From positions 186,001 through 250,000 of the forward strand of contig NMRA01000272.1 of NCBI GenBank assembly GCA_002633005.1: a DNA stretch of 64,000 nt, given 5' to 3'. The stretch's first letter is position 1. Each line of letters begins with the position of its first letter. Shown here one piece after another: positions 1 to 12,600 of this stretch. The stretch comes from Phoronis australis (taxonomy: Eukaryota > Animalia > Phoronida). The position numbers were made by a program, and so were the translations under genes. Below the pieces are notes generated by a model. It saw nothing but the letters and a program-made list of their open reading frames with translations. It searched no databases and was not told the DNA's origin.

Positions 1-108
1 GCTTACCATTGAAATGCACTGCTTGCACAGTAACTGACTATTTTTGCCAGGTGCCTGAAGGTGGTGTGCAAGTGTTATCTCCTGCTGACATCAACGTGAT
101 GGACATAG
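1..108 (+). repeat. Near-identical copy of ~2128-2234 (FRAS1 intron end plus exon start), ending at a single N
   Basis: gcttaccattgaaatgcact...tgccagGTGCCTGAAGGTGG...GGACATAG is repeated at ~2128-2234 with a few intronic differences; N at 109. Confidence 0.9.
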
Positions 109-356
109 NTGCAGTCAGGAGTATGCAAATAAATCTTTAAGTCACTTTTGATGAAACAGACCTGTGATTTTGTTTTATTTAGTGAGATATTTCAAGTAGA
201 TGTGCAGGTTTTTTACATTAGAGAGATATTTGAAGAGCAGAAACTTTTATGAATTGCTGTTTTGGCTGGGAAGTATTCATATGGGTTAACTCTTAAGGTA
301 CTTGAATTTGCAAAATTTAAAGTCGGTGGCTAGGCATTAAGCTAGGCATAAAAGGA

Positions 357-461
357 TAATGGTCGGATACAACGTGCTCGCATTTTGAGAACCAGTTTTC
401 TCCACTGTATTAAGGGCATCAAACTGGTTCTCAAAATGTGGGCACGTTATATCCGACTATT
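357..461. mobile_element. Short hairpin/MITE-like element
   Basis: Arms TGGTCGGATACAACGTGCTCGCATTTTGAGAACCAGTTT and AAACTGGTTCTCAAAATGTGGGCACGTTATATCCGACTA are reverse complements around a ~22-nt loop; a similar end occurs at ~49463-49502. Confidence 0.65.
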
Positions 462-685
462 GCCCATAAAAGAATGTTTACCTTTTAATGGGAAGTTATT
501 CGAAAATGAGGTGTGGGTCTTAACCCAAGGCATATAGCGTTATTCCTTGTTTGTTGTTCACTTCCTGATTTGTAGTGTATTGTTTCTACAATCTGTGTTC
601 ATGCAGTGTCCTTACTTTCACTGTCATTCAGTAGTTCCTTGGTGACATGATAGAGTATTAACAGCTCTTCACTGCTTTTTCTCAG

Positions 686-3600
686 GTGATCGATTCACAT
701 ATAATGAAGTGTCCAAGAATGTGTTCTTCTACCAACACGATGGTTCAAACCGTCTGTCTGACACTCTTCAGTTTATGGTAGATGATGGTACTAACAAGGT
801 AGATGTTAAGGTCCCTGTACAGGTAACCAGGATGGACCAGCAAGCGCCATCTTTAGTGCAGGGATCAACGCTCACCGTGGAAGTAAAAGAAGGTGTGGTT
901 GGGTCACATGTAATTTAGTGAAAATTTTTGAATGAACACAAGATGCTACATCTTGTTGTATCACCGTAACTCACTTAGCAACATAGGATAATGCAGGTCT
1001 CTTGACAACTTTCAAGTGATACTGTTGTGGTGTGACAGAGGATTGTTTTTGTGTATACACCCTGAAATAAGCAGTGCACGAATATTGCATATTGATTAGA
1101 AAATTTTAACGAGGCTGAAACTGCCACTAAAATAGTGCATGCAAGGCATAAGGAATATTTTACATAAATTTCACCTTTTATTTTCTGGAAGTATATGGCT
1201 TTATAGCTGGGGTAACATCCAAAATGTAGACTTCTTATAGTGGTCACCAGTCTCTCATTTCAAAATGGCCTCTGTGCTTGGACTGGAGCGTAAGTCGAGC
1301 GGATAAGAGTAATAAGGACACACGTGTAGTTCTGTTGTTTTTGTGTTTATACTTGCAGGAAAGTCCATTTTACTGTTTCATTTCAGGTGAATCAACGCAG
1401 ATATCAAGACGTCACCTGGCATTTGTTGACCGTGACGCTAGTGATGATCAGGTGATCTATACTGTAGTATCATCACTGATATATGGTGAGCTGCACAGGG
1501 AAAAGACAGGGGTACTGACCACAGGAAGCAGGTTCACTCAGCAGGATGTAGACAATGATGTCATCAGGTAATAACTGAGAATGTGAACGTAGAGGACGTG
1601 TTGTGGAAAGGATGCTGAAAAATGACTTAAGAATTAGCTTAATGATAAAAAATTGAGCACCTGTTGGCCGACCATAAATATTTACACATTGTCTTGGGTA
1701 GTAATATTTCTTAGCAAAAGTAATCTACATGTGGTCATTCTAGACTAATGATGTTAGGAGTGAAACTGAAGTGACTTGACTAAAAATTGTATCGGTTGTT
1801 TTTTTTTAGCTACGTGTCTACGGGAGAGATTGGTAGTCAGGATGTGGTTGAGCAAATCTCATTTAATATCAGTGACCCCAGCGGTAATACCATCCCACAA
1901 CAGATTCTCTCTGTAGTTGTCCAGCCTGTCAATAACCAGCCACCCATGGCAACTGTGGGCGGCGGCATACAGGTTAGTCAACGTCTACCTCTTTCTTGAA
2001 TTGCAACAAAATGTTTTGAAATTAAAGAATTTTTTGCTTTGCGAAATTAAGTTTGTGTTGTTAAAAATAAGATACTTGAAAGTTCCTGCACCTAAGGTGA
2101 ATGATTTTTCATCACTTGGCAGAAACTGCTTACCATTGAAATGCACTACTTGCACAATAACTGACTTTTTTGCCAGGTGCCTGAAGGTGGTGTGCAAGTG
2201 TTATCTCCTGCTGACATCAACGTGATGGACATAGACACTCCCCTTCGACTTTTGACTGTTGTAATCCAGGATCTGCCCAAGTTTGGAGTAGTGGAGAACA
2301 CAAAACCAGGTACTGCAGAGGCTGGCATGTGCATGTATGCAAATGCGTGTCTCCGTATGTTTGGATTTGGGCATGCATATGTGTGTCTATTTGTTAAACT
2401 CAGCATTTCATGTTGACACAAGTTTCTTCCTGTACTTAATTTATCAAATTCAATGTAGCGGAAGGGTCTTTCAAACATGCAATTATTCTTGTCTAACTGG
2501 GTTATACTTGACTGAGGAGATGGTGTACGATGACAACCAAAAGTTTTTCGTTTAAAAACCTTATCCTCTTAACAGAATAAACCAAGAAGCATTAAGTTCT
2601 GCATTTCTTTTCGCATGGTGTACGCTTTGTCATAATGAAAGTACACGTTTTCGCACAGAGAATGACATCAGCTACCTTGAAACTACACTACCATTGTTGC
2701 ACATAAGTAACAGGCCAATAATTTGTGCTGTAATTAACTACCGTTATTGAAATTATTTATTATTGGGAAAGTTTTGAAATTTAAGCTATCCAGGTCACAA
2801 GGGACTAATGACTCATGTTGCCACCTGGCTGTATAAGGATTCACTTCTGCTTTGCTGTGGGTGACACTGGGGAACATGGGTGACTTTATGCATATATAGA
2901 GTCTTTAATGGTGTTAGGGAGCGTACTTCAGGCATTTTACTGAAAAGGTAGGATGCCCCTTTGTAAGCCAGAAGGCATTAAGGGTCATCACCGACACTGA
3001 GAGTTTACAGTTGAGTAAACATGTTGTCAATCCAGTCGTCCTTTCATTAGCATATCGTGTCCAGTGTCACATTTAGTCATTATACTGTCCTAAACTTTAT
3101 TAGCTAAACAATGCTATGTTCTCATTTGTCTGTTTGCAGCCGTTGGTTCTGAGAAACAGTTAAGCCAGAGAGTGACATCATTCCCAGTACAGGACCTAAA
3201 CAAGGGTTACATTCAGTACTCACAGACCAATCACCAGTACAAGGAACCCACTGCTGATGGGTTCTTGTTTCATATCAATGATGGCACGAACCAGTCCCCT
3301 ACTCATCGATTTAACATATCTATATTAGTAAGTCTGTTTTTCTTTTTATACTTGGAGAAGTACAACGTATACCAAATCTGACTTAACGTTATCTATATCT
3401 AAATCTTTTCACCATTTTATACTTGAGAAAACATTGTATATACCAAGCCTTTACCAAAACTTTTATGGAGGTGTGTCCTGAATTTCTGAGAATTTACCAT
3501 TGTCTGATTGCCTACATCATCTTTCTCAATTCATTACTTTGTACCTATTGAAAATCTTTCTCATTTGTTATTTGACTTTTGTATAACACATTTTCCTTTT

Positions 3601-6600
3601 TGACTGTTATGATCTATCTCTCAAACCTCCAGCTAACCAACGATGAACCTCCAACACTGGTCACAGAGCAAGTATTTGTTCACGAAAGTCGAGGAGTCGC
3701 TCTGACCAATGCCACGCTGTACGTCACAGACTTTGATACAAGTCCTGATGACCTGGTGTTAACAGTCATTAAGACACCCAGACAAGGTGAGATTGTGTTG
3801 TAATCTCTCTCTACTACTCTGGTATACATTCTGCTAAGGAGTATGTCACTTTTTGAACAAAAATTATATGTTGAAATTCATTTGCTATCAAAAAACTCTG
3901 CTGTGTTGTACTTTTTGCCTCAAAACTCTGTTGCATGTCAAATTTCCAGAGAAAATCTTATTTTAAGTTTTCATTTTGACAATGACAACTGAAAGGGTCA
4001 AAACGAACTGTGTTGCTCTCTTTATTTACACAACACCCACTTAAATTCGATTGAGTATCTGTTGATTCCAGTCTGATTCTCTCTCGTTGAATAGTTATGC
4101 AGTCCTGATTTGAACTGATAATGAGGGTGTATGTACACAAAAGACCAAACTGTACGGTAGGATTTTGTGATATTCAGTTGTTGATTGTTGTTTAATGCAG
4201 GAAGTGTGAGAAGGTTGGATTTTCCTCAAGCAATGAAGACGACTGGCATGTTCCTGAGGGCTGGTGACACATTTTCATATGAGGTAGATGTTATTCTCTG
4301 TTGAATCTTGTGTTTAATTGATGGTAGTGTTATTGGGTTACTTGAGCTTTGTAGTTGAAGTATCATGGAAAACTCTTGATTTAAATGTTTCTGAGAGTGT
4401 GTCATTGTTTCGTAAACTCGCCTTACACAGTCTTTTAAAATATTAATCCATTCCACTAGAACTTGTTTAGGGCTGTTCCAGTAAAATCCGTGTTGGAGGG
4501 GGGAAAGGCAATTGAAATAAAAATTTATGGGTTGTTGTGTTTGATTTAAATTCAAAATGGCTGGTGGTCGTACTTCAAAAAAATAAAAATTTACAGGTTG
4601 TTGTTGTTTCATTGTGCCATAAATGTTTGATGGGTAATTTCAGTAAGTTTTATAAACATCTGCACATAATCAACAACCAAAACAAAAACACAACTTGCAA
4701 AAAGCTCCGTCTTTTTCACTCCCTCTGATCTCCCCATCTGCATGCCCATAACACCAACCAACCACAGGCGCTCAAATTTCTCGATGGCTAATAACCATAT
4801 ATAAGAAACATATGTTTTCTTACAATGAATGCCGTCATTGGTGATCGAGGAACAGATAAACTCAAGCGCCTGTGCAGTCAACCACAAGAACAACAATAAA
4901 AAATTATGGGTGGTTGCATTTCAAACTTATAAAAAATTACAGGTGGTGGGCTGAAGAAATAAATGAAAAATATGGGTGGTGGGTGCGAAAAAAAAAGTGC
5001 CTTCCCCCCTCCCATACAGATTTTACTGGAACAGCCCTTAGTAGATTTATAATTTTATTGAATTCCTTGACCTATGTTGATCAATATAACATGTATAATA
5101 CAGGGGTGGACTCAGTAAGAGTGTGTTGTTTACCAATTGTCTTTGATTCATTACTAGTACCTGTTTGAATTGCTGAATGTGGAACCTGAATATGAAATCA
5201 AATGAATTCAAACAATTTGTTTAGCCAGATCATCCCTATATCAAAACATGTAATTTACTAACAACATGTAATTAGTAGAATTGTTGTATAAGCTTCCTTT
5301 TTGTATTATTATTATAATTGTGTTTCATGTAGGTCTCTTTTATGACACTTTGCTTGTAATGCGTCTTTGTTAATAATTCACAGGATGTGGTGAATGAATT
5401 AATCGTTTACACCCACGAGGGACTGGAAGTGTCCTCAGATGAGTTTACGCTAAGTGTCACCGATGGCTTGTTTAATGACACTAAAACTGTAGCTGTGCGT
5501 ATAGGACTGGTTAATGATGAAACTCCACGTATTGATGTCAACCATGGACTCACTGTCAAAGCAGGTATGACAGCCTCACTACGGTGTCCATGTAGTGAAT
5601 GTTTAAGCTCATTTTTACCTCTGTTACCCAATGGTAATTTTCTATTCGTAGGGCTGAACTGAGAATAGAATTCGTAGGCAGGCATGACTTCATATAGCTA
5701 AAACATCTCGCATCCAGTAGCCATCAATGAAACTAGTGACTAATGGATGCTGTCATGAACATGTTGTCTCCATGTAACATTTCTTCATCGCGTTAGTCTT
5801 GCTTTACTTGAAAAGCTTAGGTTTGCCAAGTTTTCTCCAGCGACAATTGACCTGACTTATAAACCATAACCTGGGTGAGACCAGGCTGAGAAGGCATGGC
5901 TAATTTTTTGCTGGGGAAACTTGACACCTCAGGTTTTCACTTGTACTGTGTAACTGATACCATGATCTAGACGGAGGTTTTTTAACTCCTGAGTGACTTG
6001 GTTTCGTCTCAGAAAAAAATTACTTTTGGTGAATATGTTCAGAACCCCATGGACAGCAGGACTGTGTACCAGTGTGGCTTCACTCTTTAAAATGCAAAAG
6101 TAGCATTGGTTTTACCAACAGTCTATGGAAAGTGGATGGTGTTTCACTCTTGTCTTCAGTGGGCTTTGGTCATCATCAGCCTGTTCGCTAACTTTAATGT
6201 TTTTGTAGGTACTGTGACCAAACTGGACAGTTCTGTGCTGAGAGCATCTGATGTGGACTCTGATGACAGTATACTCATATTCACCATCACTCAGAACCCA
6301 GCCTTTGGCGAGATCAGGCTCTACGACGGGGGTGGCCGTGGGACGCTAAAGGCTGAGGGACCTGTAAATCAGTTTGAAGAGAAGGACATTATACAAGGTA
6401 CTTGAATGGGTGCCCCAGCTGTGATGTCTTCTGGGATATGTTTTGGATGGACTCTCCACAAGTGGGGCACATTTTAAGTGTTCACTTACATCTAACACTT
6501 TTTTCACTTCCCTGATTAAAATAAACATTATGTTAGCTACTTGTTTCTAGTGCTTTGGTTAAATGCCGAATTCACGCAAAATTAATCTTCGTAAAACTTA

Positions 6601-9600
6601 ATTTACATTCTGCAGACAAAGATTTTTACAAATGTTTTAATTACTAATAAGACACTAATGCTTTCAAATTTACATAATGACCCTTAATTTTTATCCTCAC
6701 TTATGCTTTATCTGTCAGTCTTTCTCGCTGCAAGTTTTGTTCAACATAAAGATGTTCATGCATGCATATAATCGAGGACTATGTCAATTCTTTGGGAAAT
6801 GGATTTATGACACACCTGCATGGCTTGCATGTATTTATGTGCTAAACTGCTTAATAAATGCTTTGTAACTACCCGAGTTAAATGATCAATTCAGTCATGG
6901 ACCTATGACTGATTGAGTCAGACTCTAAAGCTGCAGCTCACTACAAACCTTAAAGCAGCTTAAGCTAATGCTGGTTGTTTTTATATGATTTAGATATCAT
7001 GTTTATCCAGGATGAACTTACACAAGGTAATAGATGTAGCATGGCTAACTGTTCCCTTGCACACCATGTGGCGCTGTAGGCGTTGTCTAATTTATGTGCT
7101 GCCTGTATCTGTCTGTGTGTGAATGTTGATTAATGTGGACTGTACAATGCACTTGATTCCTATAATTTCACACAATTTTTATTGATCTCTTCCACAAATC
7201 AGCTACTGCACAGTTTTAGTATAATGTAGTTGTTCTTTTGTCTTTGTGAATGTATTTATAGAAAGAGTTGCCTTTTGTTGCATTTTAAAGTGTCCAGGGC
7301 CCAGGATCTTATCTCCGAACGCAGATTCGATATAGAATTGAATTCAAAACTTAACCAATCACGGCGCATGGTTCGAGTACAAATTTATAAGTTTACTCAA
7401 AGCGTGCCATGCCATTGGTCAATTTTGAGTCGAATTTTGAGTACCGAGATTAGACCACAGGCGTAGGTTAAACATGCTTTAGAGTGCTCATGATTGCCAT
7501 GTCAAAAGTAACCTTGGCAAACCATCAATTGTTTAAATGGGACATCAGTAGTTACAGTCCGACAAACTGTTCGTGATTGGTTGCCGAGTTGTGCATGTGT
7601 AGCGTTGCTGTGAACAAACGCGCCAGAATAACCAATCACGCTAAACTAATGACCATCAAAAATCTTCATGAGTCATGCTCAGGTCTGCTGGACTGATAAA
7701 TTTACAATGAAAACTGTTTAGTGTTTTCTACTTTGCTGTTTTTGGGAACTGGAATTTCGTAGTTGTGATATACAGTGTTGATAAAAAGGTTTGAGGATGA
7801 CGTCAATTAATATCAGTGTTCATGGACCTGTTGACAATTTGATTTGAACTGTAGTCTGAGTGTGAAATCCGTTTGTATGACACAAGTTTGGTTAACTTTC
7901 TATGTTTGTTATCAATTCATCTCGCTTTGTAACAAATTAACTTCTAATGTTTTTGCATTCAGGCACACATACTTTATGAAAACTACCTGATTGAATTGTT
8001 GCGCGACTGTTTCTCTAAATGTTGTGAATAGATTACTAGGTTTTAACAGTTGGCGCCAGAAATAAAATAGTTGTATAGACAAATGTTTTTAACTCTTTAA
8101 ACTGTGATTGCCTTCATAACAATGTTTAATTAACTATTAACTTATTATTTCGACTGGGTCCCATACTTATAAATTCTTTGAAACAAAATTCTCTGTAACC
8201 CTCAATAGCCCTCAATAGTCATGACAGGAAAACTCTTTAAAAAGTCTGCGTAATTGGCAAGTTTGACAGAACATATTTTGTAAATTAATCAATGGCCATT
8301 AGGGAAGGCCTCTCGCTCCAGTCATAGCATCCACTTTGTGAGACACTGAAGAAGGAAAGATAGATAATTCTCTAACTCTGAAAGAACTTTTTCTTCAAGA
8401 AAGTGATAGGACCTGATTTGGTCAAAGTCACAAAAACGGTTCAGCATTCCTTTAAAAGTTGAAACCAATTACTTGGAAGTTCTATCAAGCAACTTAGCAA
8501 AATGATATTTATTTAGTGCAAGGCGTTGTTGCACGTAACTACATTTCATGGTAATTTGACGTAAAGTTTACTTCATACTGTATGGGTGCTGCTTATGTTC
8601 AGTTTTTGTTTTTAAATATGATATTCGTATCTGAATGTTCTCTTAACTTTTGAGCATTCAACCAACTGGAATGTGTTGAGAAGCAAGGTAACTGAAGGTA
8701 ATTCTGAATTTAATTTGAGTTGTTTAATTATTGTACAGTGTAATTCTTCTCTCATTTACCGTATAATATGGCTTCTGGTGGCATTACATTTTGGCAATAA
8801 ACTACACTTTAATATTCAAAGCTGCTACAAAGCCACATTTTTTCAAAAATAGGAATTTGATTTAGAACCACTTACCTGTACAAAACTCATTGATGCTGAT
8901 GTCAGCAGTGTTCCTATACTCATGTGAGAACTGTTTTCTGTGCTTGGAAAAATTGTTATTGCCTGATACCATGCTTGGCACATAGAACGATCTGCCACGA
9001 CAAGCCATCTTGTTTAGCTTGGTCTCTAGCACTGATGATGTGTCAATTCTTTCGAAGCTCAGAAGTCACCTTTAGTTTGACCAATAGGAACATTCCATGG
9101 CAAGTGGTGTCAATCAAAAGTTAGTTTTGGTTATGGAAGGCGTGTTTGTAGCCGTATGACTGGCACTATACAGCTGACATTAAAAAACACGTGATAAAAG
9201 TTTGTCTTTGACTAGCAGTGTAGTTGGCCTTTGAAGAATGGAAAATGCATGACAATTTTGACAAATATTTGTGTATGAGATAACGGAAGAATTACCCAGT
9301 GTAGAGATGTGGGTTGAAAATGTTAACTGTTGATGAATGGCACAGTTGTTAGTTACTTATTAAATGTTCTTCACTGTATGTTTATGCACATTTGTACCGT
9401 GTCATCACGTGATGTAGTTGGTGTGGTTGTCTGTGTGTATCTTTGCAACACTAGTGACCTCTGTGGCTTGATGTACAAGTACACCTCCAGTCCATTGCAG
9501 GGGTGTACACTTTCATGTAATGAAGGCATCACCTTTTCATGTGAACATCTACCATATTTGACCATTTTTTGCCATATGCTTGAAAAAAATCTAAAGCAAG

Positions 9601-12600
9601 GCCTCGAAAAATAACCATTAAAAAGTCTAGATATCAAAGGGCAAACCCCGAAATATGTGTTGGATAGAGCCACATGGTATTGCATGAACTGTTCGTTTCC
9701 AATGGTTACATGTGGCTGTTTTGCCTGGACCACTCGCTTTAGAACTTATTTTCTGGAGCATGATCAGACTGTAGAGCAGCGGTATGTAATATTGTTTGCA
9801 CCATTGAAAATTCATCTATTTGAATGGCTGATTAGTCTTTGAGTTGCTGGAGGTATCTTGTGTAAAAACAAGCGTGCACTTTTCAAGGCATGTTTGCTCA
9901 AATGGTCCAATATGGTACTTGTAGGCACCAGGTAGTAGGCTAGTTTGTATTGTGTTACTCATGATGTTGTATTTGATTGGTATGTCATCCCAGGTGGAGA
10001 TCCAGTGTGGGAGGTCTGCCCCCCCCTTCTGCTCAGTCACTTTGACATTGCTGTTATGGATTGTGCTTGTCTCTTGGACAAAATTCTGGATCTTTGGCTA
10101 CGTCTTTATTAAGCTGTTGAGCCTAAAGTACACAAGAATATAACAGTTTTAATTAAAGTTAATTGCTTTATTGCTCTGGCTTGTATTGTAGGACTTTTTG
10201 GATTTATTTCAAGAAAATTTACCTTAAACTGATGTTTGGTGTTTTGATTTTAATGTTTTCATTGTTTCAGGGAATATTGAGTATGTACACAGATTGGGGG
10301 AGCCCACAGGTGTCACTTTCTTCAAGTTCAAAGTTGCTGACTCTGATGGGAACATGGCAATAGGGCAAACATTTACAATCACTGTAATAGGTGCGTATAA
10401 TATTTCAATTAAGCATCTTGGTGAGCTTTCTTAAATGTCAACTAATGTCTCTGGATAACAAGCTGTTAAGACACTTTGAGTGAATTGTGTATATTTGTTT
10501 TTAAAATGATAACAAGAAGACCATGTTCTCACTAATGAATGTAAATTCTCACAATTGGTACTGTATTGAACAATGCATGTTGGTATTCCAATTTACAAGT
10601 ATAGTTGATGCCCTAGGTGCTCTAGGTCATTTATGCTTGGTTCTCATGTTGTGGAATAATAATCCCTTACAGGGTTCTGCCTTTTGTGTACCAGTTTTCT
10701 CCACTAAATATCAGGCATCAAACGGGTTTAAAACTCCAGAACCTTTGTAAGTGACTATTGCCCAAAGCTGCTCAAATATCTCTATATTTGGTACTTTTTG
10801 AAAAAACAATTGTCACAATTGGCAGAAATTCATTGGGTAAAGCCTTATTTTGTTAAATACCTTCCGATGGAATGATATTTGTTATTCAGTTTACGTTCCG
10901 TTGAATCATGCAGGTGTACTATTTTGTTATAATGTGTTTATGTGTGTGCCCTCAGATGACCACATCCCGCCTAAAGTATTGGCTAACAAGCCTCTATCAG
11001 TGACGGAGGGTTCAGCAGCCCGACTGACCACTGACCACCTCTCTGCAGCTGATGATGATTCAGAGCCAGCCGGTCTGCGCTTCATTCTTCTCACAGTACC
11101 AGATAAGGGTCACCTGGAGTTGGTCAATAATCCAGGTAGGATTTAATTGAAGAGAGAGAAAGGGAATCATCCAGGTGCTTTGATATCTGTCTGGTCCTGT
11201 CGAAGGAAAAATGTGTCTCCCTGGTTAACCTTGTACTGAAGATATCCTTTGACTACTGTTTAACTATAAAATGTACAGAAAGACAAATAGACATACTGAC
11301 ATGTAGAAGAACATTGTTTGAATAGAAAATACTTATAATTACTGAAGGGTGATCTAAAATGAATGTTTCTAGCGTTTACAGAACTGTTTTAATATGTTTC
11401 CTACTATATACAACCAGTGCACAATGCAGTGGGCAGGGCGGCCTCAATTTGGCCTATGTATATTAGATGTAGTATAAAAGCATCTGGGTAACTGAGGCAT
11501 TTTTGTTGATGTTTCAACCTCTAAGTCAATTGATAAAACTAAATGTTTAGATTTAGATTCACAGTTCGCTAAGCTATAAAAGCAATGGTGACCTGTGTTA
11601 ATGTTATGAGATACCACATACACAATACAACACTAGCTCCTTTTCAAATATCTTGCAAGTTCAACTAATAACCACTGTAACCACGACTGATAGTGATGTA
11701 CTCAACAGTATCGCCACCTGTTATCAAATTTGAGTTTACCACCCAAACTAAGTTATGATCTTAGATAGGTGCTGATTCTTGTGTGTTCGTTGTAGGGGTG
11801 CCGGTAGCAGAGTTCAGCCAAGCAGACTTGGCCGCCAACCTGGTACAGTACGTTCACTCCAGTGAGGAAGAAGTCTACATGGACAGCTTTACTTTCAGTG
11901 TTACAGACGGGTCCAATGAAATCACACAGACGTTCCATATCAATATATCACCAGTTAATGATGTCCTGCCAGTTGTTACTTATAAAGGCCTCAGCGTTCA
12001 AGAAGGTGTACGCAAAATAATCACCGAGTTTGAACTAAAGGCTGAAGACCTGGACACAAAAGAGGATGAAATAATATTTCAGATCGTGCGACCGCCGTCC
12101 CACGGTGTAGTGCAGTTGGTGGATGGCGATACCTTCACTCCTGTCACGTATTTCAAGATGTCCGACATTTATAACAACCGTGTGTCCTATATGCATGATG
12201 GGAGTGAAACTCTAGAGGACACCTTTGACTTTCTGGTGAGCGATGGCGCACACTCGTCATGTATGGTCATCAAGGATGGGGTACAAGTGGCATCCGCACA
12301 GCCTATGGTATGTAATGATGTGGTGAACTCTGGCATGTTGAACTATACTATTGGTCGTCCCTGACGCAAAGTGGGTCGAGTTAAGTTTGACCCATAGTTA
12401 TGATGTCCCAGATGGTTGATATGTTCTGATGCTGGTTTCAGTGTTACCATAATACATTTTGCTTTTCTATTACTTTCCTGTGCAATTTGACAACACATGG
12501 CATGTAATTAGATATCCAAATGTAATAAGTAAATATAGTCTTTCTTGCTTTGTTCAATGCAGTCTGGCATGGATCTGAAAAGGTTTGTTTTTTGTTGTCT

